A stretch of 64,000 nucleotides of DNA, from contig CAIXDN010000041.1 of NCBI GenBank assembly GCA_903918235.1, positions 22 through 64,021 on the forward strand, given 5' to 3'. A program made the translations under genes and the position numbers. Below the pieces are notes generated by a model, which did not search any database, was not told where the DNA came from, and was given only the letters and a program-made list of their open reading frames with translations. Positions 27,181-36,333 of the stretch are shown here, piece by piece. The DNA comes from Candidatus Uhrbacteria bacterium. GTDB lineage: Bacteria > Patescibacteriota > Patescibacteriia > 2-12-FULL-60-25. The first letter of the stretch is position 1. Each line of letters starts with the position of its first letter.

Positions 27181-27578
27181 GCGGGCTTTGGTAATGTGAT
27201 ATTTGGTTCCTTGTCGTAGATCGGGGCAACGTAGGAGGAAATGAGTAGAGAATCGTGAGCGGAGAATAGCTGGTGGGAGAGGACGGGGAGGTCGTGAGCT
27301 TCTGAGACTGTGACGCCGACGAGTGGGATCTTGAGAAGTCGCGCGATTAAGTTTGCGTCAAGCACTCCAGAACGCACAGAAGAGAATGAACCAGGACCAG
27401 CGACAACACAAACGCCCTGCATCGTTTTTACACCCTTTGTGCCCAAGGTCTTTGCTAGCTTTGGCAATAAGCCGATCGTCCGACCTTCCACCCTTTGTAT
27501 GCGTGGCAGCTTCCCCTCTTCCATGATCGCAAAATACGCTTCTCCTGGCGCATGAGTATCAAGAAAAAGCCAAGCCAT
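27177..27578 (-). CDS. tsaB: TsaB/YeaZ-like protein, short (133 aa)
   Basis: VCVVAGPGSFSSVRSGVLDANLIARLLKIPLVGV matches the TsaB GPGSFTGLRIG...A motif. About 100 aa shorter than typical TsaB. Confidence 0.6.
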   Translation of the reverse strand: MAWLFLDTHAPGEAYFAIMEEGKLPRIQRVEGRTIGLLPKLAKTLGTKGVKTMQGVCVVAGPGSFSSVRSGVLDANLIARLLKIPLVGVTVSEAHDLPVLSHQLFSAHDSLLISSYVAPIYDKEPNITLPKPA

Positions 27579-27584
27579 ACGACG

Positions 27585-28193
27585 TTAGACGACGTGGTCA
27601 CGCTCATTGAGACGATCAACGACAACATTTTTTGGCGATTCTAAAATTGCGTACAAAAACTTATCAGTCATGTCTTTACGATAGCGAAACTCGTCGGGAG
27701 ACATTACCGTAAAATTAATTTCATAGCCTAATGTCTTCTCGGAAGCGATGACCAGTGCTTTTAGTTTATTTGCATCAACGGTACCTACAATAAATAAATC
27801 AACAGGCGCTTTCTCTTTTCCTAAAAAAACACCGAGAAATGCCAGATAGCGCACATCTCCAAGCTTCAATATATCCTGGTCTAAACGACCTTCTAGTAAC
27901 ACCTGAGCACGCATGATCAGCGCAGAAATCTCCTGAAGGAGCTTAAAGCTCGGGTTTATTTTATAATACTTTTTTTTAAGACCTGGCTGTTTTTTTCCTT
28001 TCACTTCCTCCTCCTCAACTACCTCCATAATCAAACCGAGCTTTACTAAGTTTGATAGCTCACGGCGTACGGCATTAATTTGTGTGCCAACGAGACGTGT
28101 AATCTCGCGTACAAAAAGCGGTTCTTCCTGCTGGCGTAGGAACAAGCTTAAGAGCTTGACGCGGGTTCGTGATCCAAAAAGGTGTTCAAGCAT
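27585..28193 (-). CDS. Winged-helix (ArsR-like) transcriptional regulator with a C-terminal domain
   Basis: LFGSRTRVKLLSLFLRQQEEPLFVREITRLVGTQINAVRRELSNLVKLGLI is an ArsR/MarR-like wHTH. Confidence 0.55.
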   Translation of the reverse strand: MLEHLFGSRTRVKLLSLFLRQQEEPLFVREITRLVGTQINAVRRELSNLVKLGLIMEVVEEEEVKGKKQPGLKKKYYKINPSFKLLQEISALIMRAQVLLEGRLDQDILKLGDVRYLAFLGVFLGKEKAPVDLFIVGTVDANKLKALVIASEKTLGYEINFTVMSPDEFRYRKDMTDKFLYAILESPKNVVVDRLNERDHVV

Positions 28194-28325
28194 ACAGACC
28201 CCACAAGCATGCCCGAGTACAGACCGCTTGACAAGTTGATGATTTATCCCGAAAGCCAGCTGGACGGGTCGGAACTATTGCCCGTATACTCGATCTATTC
28301 TTGATACGTTTTGCTAGGAAATACC

Positions 28326-30395
28326 ATGGAATATCCCCTGCGCATCGCTGAAATCGAAGTCAGCCAATCAACGACCGATGAGCGCATCGTTGGTTTGTTT
28401 AGATATGACACAGAATCTGGCGGTAAAAAAGGACCTTCCTTGCTCATCATAGCGGATATTGCTTCAACGCTTTATGCCTATGAACAACTTCTTGATGCCT
28501 TAAACGCGGCCGCTGAGCAGACGCGTGCGCTTCTTTCTGGCACAGGGATCGACCCGATGGTTCGATTTGAAAAATTAGTTGAACGTCTGAATGAGGCTGT
28601 CGCGGGATTCGTTGAACGCGAACCGAGCGAGCTTGCCTGGCATCGGATCAACCTCTTTATCTTTGAGGTCTCAGAGGGGCGCGCTTGTGTTGCTGGTATC
28701 GGGCAGCTCTCTAATGTTTTCTTACAAAAACAACATGATGGTACTTTTAGGAACTTCGATCTTCTTGGGTCACTAGACATGCCCGCAACGATCGATCCTA
28801 AAAAACCTTTTGCCTCTATCCTTTGTGGTGACCTCCGTAATGGTGATATTTTATTTATTGGCACAAATAACTTTGAACGCTTGCGTGGCGAGATCGGTAT
28901 TATTGAGAAATTAAAAGGACTTCCCCCTATTACTGCCGCGCTTGAAATCAAACAAGAGTTAGAGCGACGTACTATTCCTGATGATTTTGCTGGCGTCGTC
29001 ATCGCTCAGATAGCAACATCGACACGCATCGCTGAATCACCTCTTATCACAGAAGACCGGAGCACGAGCTCCGTAGAAAAAATGCGTGCTGATGAGAAAA
29101 AGACAGAAGAAATCCTCTCCCCATCTATCTCTCCACCTAAACCCGCAATGACGCTCGTCGGACTATGGGCGAGAGCCAAGGAGTCCATGCGTCGTAAATC
29201 TCCATCTACAAAAACAAAGACACGAAAAAATCAGAAAGACCCTGTCTCTATGGCGAGTCTTCGTGGAATGAATGCAGGGCACGGCAGTCTTTTGACACCG
29301 ACCCGAAAACGTACATTTTTTATCAGTATCTCTCTCTTGCTTATTTTAGGTGGAAGCGGTGCCTGGTTTTACTCGCGTCAGCGCTTTACCAATGATCAAA
29401 AACTTTGGAATGTTGTTTTTGATCAAGCGACAGACAAAAAGACTAAGGCAGAAAGTGATCTTGTTTATGGAAACGAAGAACGTACACGCGCTTATATCGC
29501 TGAAGCAAAAAAACTTCTTGCCGGTCTTGATGTAAAAACGCCCGAGCGTCAGGCAGCCAAGGACGGTCTTTCCAAAGAACTTACGGATTTAGCGTTGAAG
29601 CTTAAGCGTGAGCAAAAAGTGGCTCCTATTGAGCTTGCATCAACATCGCTTGGAGCACCGGATGGATCTTTGTCATCGCCAACATTTAAGGACAACAAAA
29701 TTTATGCCATGGATACTGCTGGCGGGACTTTAATAGAGACAACTATTCTTAACAAGGAAACGAAACGTTATCCTCTTCCGGAAGGGACGGCGCGTATTAC
29801 ATCTATCGCTGCTGGTGCAAGCAGTCTTTATCTGATCACGGATGCAAAGAGCATGCTTTCTTTTGATCCAAAAGCTGGAACGTTTCTCCAGACGGCATGG
29901 TCAACAAAAGCTTCTAGCACGCAGGCACTCGCACTGTATGGAAAACGTTTCTATATTCTTGATGCCCTTGCGAATATGATTTGGCGATATGCGCCCGTCG
30001 GATCTGGCGTTGCGCAGGAAACAGCTTACTTGAAACAAAACTCCTCACCGCTTACGGATGTTGCGGGTATCACGAGTGATTCAAATGTTTATATCGCCTG
30101 GAATAATGGCGCTATCAGACGCTATCTTTCTGGAGCGGAAGAAAGCTGGTCCCCTGTTACGATCGATCCTCCGCTTCAACATGCTTCTGGTATTTGGACA
30201 GCGGCAAATACAGACCGTATCGTTGTTTCTGACCCTATTGGGAAGCGTGTTCTTGTCTTCCGTAAAGATGGTCAGCTTGTTGCGCAACTTTTGTCTGATA
30301 CCTGGACGGGTCCCGTGGCTGTTTCTGGAGACGATGCTGGTAAAAAAATCTATGTTGTTGATGGGAATAAACTTTGGCAAGTCGATCTTCCATGA
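28326..30395 (+). CDS. Hypothetical membrane protein with C-terminal beta-propeller-like repeats
   Basis: ATG at 28326, central TM (FFISISLLLILGGSGAWFY). The C-terminal region shows about 6 repeats of a hydrophobic-Y-x-x-D blade-like pattern (IYAMDTAGG, LYLITDAKS, FYILDALAN, VYIAWNNG, IVVSDPIGK, IYVVDGNK). Confidence 0.6.
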   Translation: MEYPLRIAEIEVSQSTTDERIVGLFRYDTESGGKKGPSLLIIADIASTLYAYEQLLDALNAAAEQTRALLSGTGIDPMVRFEKLVERLNEAVAGFVEREPSELAWHRINLFIFEVSEGRACVAGIGQLSNVFLQKQHDGTFRNFDLLGSLDMPATIDPKKPFASILCGDLRNGDILFIGTNNFERLRGEIGIIEKLKGLPPITAALEIKQELERRTIPDDFAGVVIAQIATSTRIAESPLITEDRSTSSVEKMRADEKKTEEILSPSISPPKPAMTLVGLWARAKESMRRKSPSTKTKTRKNQKDPVSMASLRGMNAGHGSLLTPTRKRTFFISISLLLILGGSGAWFYSRQRFTNDQKLWNVVFDQATDKKTKAESDLVYGNEERTRAYIAEAKKLLAGLDVKTPERQAAKDGLSKELTDLALKLKREQKVAPIELASTSLGAPDGSLSSPTFKDNKIYAMDTAGGTLIETTILNKETKRYPLPEGTARITSIAAGASSLYLITDAKSMLSFDPKAGTFLQTAWSTKASSTQALALYGKRFYILDALANMIWRYAPVGSGVAQETAYLKQNSSPLTDVAGITSDSNVYIAWNNGAIRRYLSGAEESWSPVTIDPPLQHASGIWTAANTDRIVVSDPIGKRVLVFRKDGQLVAQLLSDTWTGPVAVSGDDAGKKIYVVDGNKLWQVDLP

Positions 30396-30428
30396 TTAGC
30401 TAATATCAGAATATCATTCAATTTATTT

Positions 30429-30462
30429 ACGACGAAGCATTCACTTCGTCGTTTATTTTTTT
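30429..30462 (+). terminator. Intrinsic terminator
   Basis: ACGACGAAG-cattc-ACTTCGTCGT followed by a T-rich tract. Confidence 0.65.
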
Positions 30463-30482
30463 GTGGTATACTGATTAAAAAT

Positions 30483-31328
30483 ATGCCACCTTCCAAAAAA
30501 ATAAATACGGTAAAAAAAATTCCAAAAAAAGCTATCGTTAAAAAAGTGAGTCCGCAAAAAAGAAAAAGGACTACTCCAATCAAAATAGCTGCCGTAAAAC
30601 CTCATCATCGCCTCCGATTGCGTCACTGGATGCTCCTTTGGACGTTGATTGCTCTTACGGTTCTTACCGTCGTCACTATTTTTAATGACGTAAATATTAG
30701 ATTACGAGCGATGAATGAAGGCCCAGGATATTCCTCGTCTTTTACTCAGCAAGAGGAAGAACCGTCTGAAGAGGCGCCTGCTGAACCTGCACTGGATTCA
30801 GCAACCACGACCCTGGATTCTAGCAATTCATCCACCGTAACGGTGAACCCATGCTTCTCTAGCCAAATCGCAGAAGTTAATGCTCATCCAAGCATGGCTG
30901 ATGGCGATGGTCTCGTGAAATTCACTGTACCTTTTAGCACGAACTGGAAAAATCTTGATTGCGCACTCGTACCAGCCACGACCGTTTTTGACGGATCAAC
31001 GACTACGACGATTTTTGGTCCCTACATTGAAGAAAGCTCTGTACGTACCCCAAGTATTGAACGCGACGCATGGCTTTCTGTTGAAACAAAAAACAGCTCT
31101 CTTAAAGAGGAGAAATATTCTCTTGCAACAACTCCACTTGCTGGCGAAATTCGCGAACGCACGATCAATGGTATGCCCGTCATTAGCTATCATAAAGATG
31201 ACAGTGGATTTTCCACGAACTACTGGGTTGCATTTGGTAGAACCTACACCTATCGCCTCGCATCTTTTGGCTGGCTCACGGACGCGGAAGCAATCAAAAT
31301 CATTGAAAGCATTAAAGTTACAAAGTAA
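30483..31328 (+). CDS. Hypothetical membrane-anchored protein, paralog A
   Basis: Lys-rich N-terminus plus TM. The C-terminal ~55 aa (INGMPVISY...WVAFGRTYTYRLASFGWLTDAEAIKIIESIKVTK) are nearly identical to the end of ORF 32008-32832. Confidence 0.65.
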   Translation: MPPSKKINTVKKIPKKAIVKKVSPQKRKRTTPIKIAAVKPHHRLRLRHWMLLWTLIALTVLTVVTIFNDVNIRLRAMNEGPGYSSSFTQQEEEPSEEAPAEPALDSATTTLDSSNSSTVTVNPCFSSQIAEVNAHPSMADGDGLVKFTVPFSTNWKNLDCALVPATTVFDGSTTTTIFGPYIEESSVRTPSIERDAWLSVETKNSSLKEEKYSLATTPLAGEIRERTINGMPVISYHKDDSGFSTNYWVAFGRTYTYRLASFGWLTDAEAIKIIESIKVTK

Positions 31329-31335
31329 CTATAGG

Positions 31336-31605
31336 CTATTTTTTGCGATAAATTGAGTGGTCGCCGACACGCAATAGAACCATTTCCGTTTTGGATACGT
31401 ATTGAAAGATGACGCGTATGCGAAAATCGACAGAATAGGACCAGCACTCTTTTAACGCTCCTGTTAATTTATGCGTTTTAAGTAGCGGATGAAATGGATT
31501 CTCCTGAAATAGTCTCCCCCGCTCCTTGAGCGCTTCCTTCAGCTGATCTGATAACTTCCGATAGTCGCGCTTGAACTCGGGCGTGAATGAAATCGTGTAA
31601 GCCAT
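31336..31605 (-). CDS. Type II toxin, RelE/ParE superfamily (YafQ/RelE-like mRNA interferase)
   Basis: 89 aa. FKRDYRKL...NPFHPLLKTHKLTGALKECWSYSVDFRIRVIFQY...LLRVGDHSIY matches the RelE/StbE/YafQ pattern. Lies 5 nt downstream of an antitoxin-like ORF. Confidence 0.75.
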   Translation of the reverse strand: MAYTISFTPEFKRDYRKLSDQLKEALKERGRLFQENPFHPLLKTHKLTGALKECWSYSVDFRIRVIFQYVSKTEMVLLRVGDHSIYRKK

Positions 31606-31610
31606 ACGCT

Positions 31611-31886
31611 TTAGGTATCCAGATCATCCCAATTCTTAAGAACCTTTGCCTTGCCTTTTTGATATGAACGCTGTGCTTCACGCACCTGTTTTAAGGCAAA
31701 TACCTCATCGACCGGATAACCGTCTTGAACAAGAGCGTTGTATGTCTCGATATTGAGCACAACCGCTTCCGGTACGCTGTTATTGATCAACAGAATTGCG
31801 TCGTGGCTATTCTTAGCATCGTCAAGAACGGTACGATAGTTTCGTTGAAGATCTCGTACAGAATAGGATTTTGTGATCGGATTCAT
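31611..31886 (-). CDS. Type II antitoxin, Phd/YefM-like
   Basis: 91 aa. SVRDLQRNYRTVLDDAKNSHDAILLINNSVPEAVVLNIETYNALV is the Phd/YefM N-terminal fold pattern. Confidence 0.7.
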   Translation of the reverse strand: MNPITKSYSVRDLQRNYRTVLDDAKNSHDAILLINNSVPEAVVLNIETYNALVQDGYPVDEVFALKQVREAQRSYQKGKAKVLKNWDDLDT

Positions 31887-31889
31887 ATA

Positions 31890-31911
31890 TAGACATAGTG
31901 CTTTATGTCTA
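31890..31911. promoter_or_regulatory. Palindromic operator candidate of the TA module
   Basis: TAGACATA-6 nt-TATGTCTA perfect 8-bp inverted repeat, 4 nt upstream of the antitoxin start. A further TATGTC direct repeat is adjacent. Confidence 0.5.
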
Positions 31912-32007
31912 ATTGTATGTCAAATTCACTCCTTTAGCTCACCATGTCATCACTTCTTCTTTATTTCGTTGTAGCGGGCATGCTACTATCACTCATATTA
32001 TTGTCTT

Positions 32008-32832
32008 ATGTCTATCAAAAAACGCGTGGAAAACAAAAACCATGATTTGGTTTTTTGGTTGTTGGCTTTGAGTACGTTGGTGCTTGGGATCGTCGTGGTT
32101 GGGAATTTGAGCAAGAAGACGGTGCAGGTGGTAAATAGCGATTCAGCAGCTCGAGTGCAGACTGAGATTGTTCCACCCGAAAATCAGCTCACTAATCCCC
32201 AAGATAACGCCCCAAAAAATCAGGATAATCTTTCAAATATCCCTGGAATCGATTGTTTTACTAGTCATCCTGGACCTGCAGAAACATACGTTTCTTATCT
32301 TGATAAAAAAACGTCTGTCAGCCTTGTTCTACCCTACAGCTTTAGTTGGGGTACAGAGCGATGCCCAGTTCTTCAAACCGTTCTTTATGATGAAGATCCA
32401 GGGGGAATCGCAGATAGTATGGGTTTAAGAAGCTGGTTACGCTTTGGACCTGCCTATAAAATTTATAATGGAGATGGAGCATTTTATGTTCCTGATGGCT
32501 TATCTGTAACTAATACACACACTTTCTTAGTAGACGATGCATCGCGCTACTCTGCTGAAAGAGGCACAGAACTTTCAATATTTTCTCCCACAAGCTCAGA
32601 AGCAGTATATCAACAGATCCTTCATGGACAGGATTTTGCTCATTATCCAAAAGGAAAAATCCTTCAAAGAACAATCAATGGTATGCGAGTTTATAGCATA
32701 TCAAGCTCAGACGGAAATACTTGGAATATATGGTATGCCGTTGGGCGTAGCTATGGCTACCTCCTAAGTTCACGCGACTGGCTCACAGATGCGGAAGCCA
32801 TCAAAATCATAGAAAGCATCAAAGTGAAGTAA
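32008..32832 (+). CDS. Hypothetical membrane-anchored protein, paralog B
   Basis: N-terminal TM. C-terminus INGMRVYSI...WYAVGRSYGYLLSSRDWLTDAEAIKIIESIKVK. Terminator hairpin AAACCCCCGC/GCGGGGGTTT at 32838-32863. Confidence 0.65.
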   Translation: MSIKKRVENKNHDLVFWLLALSTLVLGIVVVGNLSKKTVQVVNSDSAARVQTEIVPPENQLTNPQDNAPKNQDNLSNIPGIDCFTSHPGPAETYVSYLDKKTSVSLVLPYSFSWGTERCPVLQTVLYDEDPGGIADSMGLRSWLRFGPAYKIYNGDGAFYVPDGLSVTNTHTFLVDDASRYSAERGTELSIFSPTSSEAVYQQILHGQDFAHYPKGKILQRTINGMRVYSISSSDGNTWNIWYAVGRSYGYLLSSRDWLTDAEAIKIIESIKVK

Positions 32833-32885
32833 CTCCAAAACCCCCGCCTTACCGCGGGGGTTTGACTTTTGGAATAAAGTGGCGA

Positions 32886-33347
32886 ATGATTGGCGATGCC
32901 ATGGCAACCTGCTCCTTTTGTTCGCAGATCAAAGACATCAAGGCTGGGAATCCTCCAAGCGATCTCATCGCCGAGCTTCCGACCGGCTATCTCAAGCTGA
33001 ACTGGTTTCAGTACTATCACGGCTACTGCCTCTTCGTTTCCAAAATTCATGCTGAAGATTTGGATGAGCTCCCTCGTGACTTTGCTGACGCATTCATGAA
33101 CGATATGCTGCGCTGTCATCGGGCGGTGCGCGTCGCTGTGGAGCCGAGGAAGATGAATGTAGCGAGTCTTGGCAATCGAGACAAACATGTTCACTGGCAC
33201 ATCATTCCGAGACACGCGAACGATCCGATGCCCGACGTTCCGATCTGGGAACTCCGGCAAAGTGTCCGCCAAAACAAGGCGTTTCGCATCACGGACACGA
33301 GTCATCTCAACCTGATCGAACAGATCCGAATCCAACTGATGCGATAA
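32886..33347 (+). CDS. HIT (histidine triad) family protein
   Basis: Histidine triad HVHWHIIPR and N-terminal C-x2-C (ATCSFCSQI). The start is uncertain (32886 or 32901); the track TTG start lies inside the upstream terminator. Confidence 0.8.
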   Translation: MIGDAMATCSFCSQIKDIKAGNPPSDLIAELPTGYLKLNWFQYYHGYCLFVSKIHAEDLDELPRDFADAFMNDMLRCHRAVRVAVEPRKMNVASLGNRDKHVHWHIIPRHANDPMPDVPIWELRQSVRQNKAFRITDTSHLNLIEQIRIQLMR

Positions 33348-33356
33348 CGGAATACA

Positions 33357-33385
33357 AAACCCCCGACCAAACTGGTCGGGGGTTT
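33357..33385. terminator. Bidirectional terminator between HIT and rplL
   Basis: AAACCCCCGACC-aaac-TGGTCGGGGGTTT flanked by A-rich and T-rich tracts. Confidence 0.7.
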
Positions 33386-33405
33386 CTTGTTTTGATGGGA
33401 AGGGC

Positions 33406-33795
33406 TTATTTGAGGGTGACTTTTCCACCGGCTTCTTCAAGCTTCTTCTTCATTTCATCGGCTTCTGCCTTTGGTACGCCTTCCTTGACGACCTTAGGTG
33501 CGGCGTCGACCAAGTCCTTCGCTTCCTTCAAGCCAAGACCGGTGATTTCACGAACGACTTTGATGACAGCGATCTTGTTACCGCCGATATCTGTAAGTTC
33601 GATGTTAAAAATCGACTTTTCTTCTACGGCAGCACCTCCGGCGGCAGCCATCATGACTGGAGCGGCGGCTGTAACACCAAACTTATCTTCGAGGAGCTTC
33701 ACGAGTTCTGCAAGCTCCATGATCGTCAACTTTTCGATGGCGTCGACGAGTCCCTGGAACTTGGCAGGGATCTCAACCTGTTTCAATTCAGACAT
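33406..33795 (-). CDS. rplL: 50S ribosomal protein L7/L12
   Basis: 129 aa. [19 protein letters not shown]..., an Ala-rich hinge, and [24 protein letters not shown]...[16 protein letters not shown]. Confidence 0.95.
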   Translation of the reverse strand: MSELKQVEIPAKFQGLVDAIEKLTIMELAELVKLLEDKFGVTAAAPVMMAAAGGAAVEEKSIFNIELTDIGGNKIAVIKVVREITGLGLKEAKDLVDAAPKVVKEGVPKAEADEMKKKLEEAGGKVTLK

Positions 33796-33812
33796 AATGT
33801 AAATAGTAGGGA

Positions 33813-34415
33813 TTAGACGGTAGGAGCAACTTCAGCGGCTGGAGCTTCTTCTGTAGGAGCCTCGGCAGCAGGAGCAACTTCTTCAGCGACTTGGGCAGCT
33901 TCGACGACTGGGGTTGGGGCAGGAGCACCGGCGGCTTTCTGTTCGCGGTAAGCGTCGAGAAGGCGAGCAAATGCGCTTGTCGGACCATTGAGGACGTAGA
34001 GAAGTTGTGTGAGCAACTGTGGCTTTGATGGCAACTTAGAAAGCTGAACAATGAAAGCCTGGTCAACAACATTTCCTTCAAAGATACCACCGACCAATTT
34101 GATCGGCTGATCTTTTCCGGCATCTCCGATGAGTTTGGACGGGGCCATCTCATCTTTCGTCGCAATGGCGACTCCGAGCATTCCTGGGAGGGACTTGAAG
34201 TTGACGTCAAAGCCAGCTTCTTTTGCTGCAAGCGTCAACAAGGTTTTCTTGGCGACGATGTAGTCCACGCCCTCGGCATGCATCTTTTTGCGCAATGCGG
34301 TGATCTTCTGCACCGACATCCCCTGGTAATCCGAGAAGGCGGCGGACTTGGCGCCCTTGAGGGCGGAGACAAGACCGGCGATTGCATCGGACTTTTGGGA
34401 ACGCGTTTTAGGCAT
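33813..34415 (-). CDS. rplJ: 50S ribosomal protein L10 with an Ala/Pro/Glu-rich C-terminal tail
   Basis: From the ATG at 34415: [59 protein letters not shown]. Immediately upstream of rplL. Confidence 0.9.
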   Translation of the reverse strand: MPKTRSQKSDAIAGLVSALKGAKSAAFSDYQGMSVQKITALRKKMHAEGVDYIVAKKTLLTLAAKEAGFDVNFKSLPGMLGVAIATKDEMAPSKLIGDAGKDQPIKLVGGIFEGNVVDQAFIVQLSKLPSKPQLLTQLLYVLNGPTSAFARLLDAYREQKAAGAPAPTPVVEAAQVAEEVAPAAEAPTEEAPAAEVAPTV

Positions 34416-34612
34416 AGATTTCGCGTTATATGAATAAAAAACGACCACAGAGACGTTGTCCTGTGGTCGTGCTCCGAACCCGAAAAATCGGCTTCATTGC
34501 GCGATCCTCGGCAGGGCTACCTTACACTTTCGTGTAGATAATTTAGGTCTTTTGGACCCCTACTTTCTCAGGACTCGGCGATCGTTGGTGAGAGATTAGC
34601 CAAAAGATAGGC
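34416..34612 (-). promoter_or_regulatory. rplJ leader with promoter and attenuator-type hairpin (L10-leader-like)
   Basis: Minus strand TTGACT-17 nt-TAATCT near 34612, then a ~170-nt leader. It ends in a 13-bp hairpin ACGACCACAGAGA/TCCTGTGGTCGT (34441-34470) followed by TTTTTT just before the start codon. Confidence 0.45.
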
Positions 34613-34623
34613 AGAAGTCAAGG

Positions 34624-34971
34624 CTATGGTTTGTCTGTAATCAATACGTTGATCATCCAGCTATATAACATCAACGTAACTGCTCCCCAAAAGGCTGGGC
34701 CAAAGCCGGAGACGGTGAAGCCTGGGACGAGGAAGGCGGCGAGGCCAAAGCAGATCGCGTTTACGATAAGTGAAAATAGACCGAGGGTTAGCACCGTGAT
34801 TGGGAATGCGATCACTTGGAGAATCGGCCGAATGAGGGCATTAACAACACCAATCATTATCGCGGCAATGAGCGCAATCCAAAAACTCGCTACGGCGATT
34901 CCTGGAACCAGGTATGCGACTAGCATGACGCCGAATGCCGAGAGAATGAGACGTGCAATGGCTTGGAGCAT
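34624..34971 (-). CDS. YvlD/phage-holin-family-4-like small membrane protein
   Basis: From the internal M: MLQAIARLILSAFGVMLVAYLVPGI...VVNALIRPIL..., with 4 TMs. This pattern is typical of the holin superfamily IV / YvlD family. Confidence 0.6.
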   Translation of the reverse strand: MLQAIARLILSAFGVMLVAYLVPGIAVASFWIALIAAIMIGVVNALIRPILQVIAFPITVLTLGLFSLIVNAICFGLAAFLVPGFTVSGFGPAFWGAVTLMLYSWMINVLITDKP

Positions 34972-34975
34972 AGGA

Positions 34976-35173
34976 TTATGAATTCTTAATTTCTTTGATA
35001 CGATTCTCGGCTTCATCGAGCTTTTCTTTGAGGCCTTTCGCGAGTTCTGAGGCGCGCTCGTAGCGCTTCATTCCTTCATCGAGGTCAGGCTCACCTTCTT
35101 CAAACCAGGCTGCGATCTCCTCGAGCTCGGCAAATGATTTTGCAAAATCTATTTCTATCTTTTTCTTTGTCAT
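34976..35173 (-). CDS. xseB: Exodeoxyribonuclease VII small subunit
   Basis: 65 aa. FAKSFAELEEIAAWFEEGEPDLDEGMKRYERASELAKGLKEKLDEAENRI. Follows xseA. Confidence 0.88.
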   Translation of the reverse strand: MTKKKIEIDFAKSFAELEEIAAWFEEGEPDLDEGMKRYERASELAKGLKEKLDEAENRIKEIKNS

Positions 35174-35174
35174 A

Positions 35175-36320
35175 TCAGATTAGTTTTCCTTGTTTCCCAT
35201 CAATCATGGCACCTGCTTCTCCATCACGCAAACGGATTGAGACGGATGTTCCTGGTTTTAATTTTTCTATCGTGGAAAGAATATTCCCTTGTGCATCACT
35301 CACGATGGCAAAACCACGCTTTACGATTGCCTCTGGGTTGAATGATGAAATAAGGCGTAAGAGCGAAGCGACTTTAAGACGGAACGATTCAAGCCAGCGC
35401 TCGGCTCCGGTAGTTGCACGGTCAATGGTGTCACGACCGTTTTTGATTTTTTGTAAGAGTGTTTGCTCAATTCCACCTTCCAGTGTCGCAATCTCATATA
35501 AAACATCGCGACGATCCGGGACGAGGCGGCGGGCGGCGTCCGTCGGAGTAGAGCCTCGAATGTCAGCGGCTTCCTCGACGAGCGTGATATCACGCTCGTG
35601 GCCAATGGCGGCAATTACGGGGTATTTGGAGGCGTAAACAGCGCGGACGACACGCTCGTCATTAAATGCCATCAGTTCTTCTAATGATCCACCCCCACGC
35701 GTGATTACCATGGCATCATATGGACCATTCTTTTGTGCGCGCTCAAGGCAACCGATTACGGAGTCTGGCGCTTTTTCACCTTGGACGACGGCGTGATAGA
35801 GATCGATTTCCAATCCACGCCAACGCTCGTCCACGATGCGGATAAAATCGCCGTAAGCGGCGCTTTCTCTTGAAGCGATAAGGGCGATGCGTTGTGGAAA
35901 GCGTGGGATTTTGCGTTTGCGCGATAGATCAAATATCCCCTCTGACTCAAGTTTTGCCCGGAGCATTGCTAAGGCTTTTTGCAACGCACCTTCGCCCACA
36001 AGCTCCACACGATCTGCGCTAAAGGAAAATTTTCCATACTTTGGATAGATGCGCGGAAAACCATAGAGACGGACTCGCATTCCATCAGCGAGCGGTTGAC
36101 CTAGTTTTGCAAACACCATGAAGACAGAAACAAGTGCGTCACCATCTTTTACGTTAAAATTTACCCATTGCCCTTGCGAGACACGGAACTCTGTCACCTC
36201 CCCTTCTAGGGCGACGAGCGTCGGATCCCAGATGGCTTTGAAGGTATCATTTACGTAGGTGACGAATTGGGAGACGGTGAGAATTTGCATCGCCAAAACT
36301 TTAGCACTTCTTCCGGACAT
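35175..36320 (-). CDS. xseA: Exodeoxyribonuclease VII large subunit
   Basis: OB-fold N-terminus (LTVSQFVTYVNDTF...VALEGEVTEFRVSQGQWVNFNVKD) and catalytic core (VITRGGGSLEELMAFNDE...PVIAAIGHERD). The start is either 36320 or 36293. Confidence 0.9.
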   Translation of the reverse strand: MSGRSAKVLAMQILTVSQFVTYVNDTFKAIWDPTLVALEGEVTEFRVSQGQWVNFNVKDGDALVSVFMVFAKLGQPLADGMRVRLYGFPRIYPKYGKFSFSADRVELVGEGALQKALAMLRAKLESEGIFDLSRKRKIPRFPQRIALIASRESAAYGDFIRIVDERWRGLEIDLYHAVVQGEKAPDSVIGCLERAQKNGPYDAMVITRGGGSLEELMAFNDERVVRAVYASKYPVIAAIGHERDITLVEEAADIRGSTPTDAARRLVPDRRDVLYEIATLEGGIEQTLLQKIKNGRDTIDRATTGAERWLESFRLKVASLLRLISSFNPEAIVKRGFAIVSDAQGNILSTIEKLKPGTSVSIRLRDGEAGAMIDGKQGKLI

Positions 36321-36333
36321 TGTCTTTTTGTCT

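Noticed and set aside
32757-33440. 227-aa minus-strand ORF covering the HIT gene region
   Set aside because: The plus strand encodes an unmistakable histidine triad (HVHWHIIPR). The minus ORF also runs through two terminator hairpins and the antisense of the paralog C-terminus, as does the analogous 31250-31447 ORF.
33788-34231. 147-aa alternative-frame ORF inside rplJ
   Set aside because: It overlaps the clearly recognisable L10 reading frame, and its Ser/Leu/Pro-rich translation has no features.
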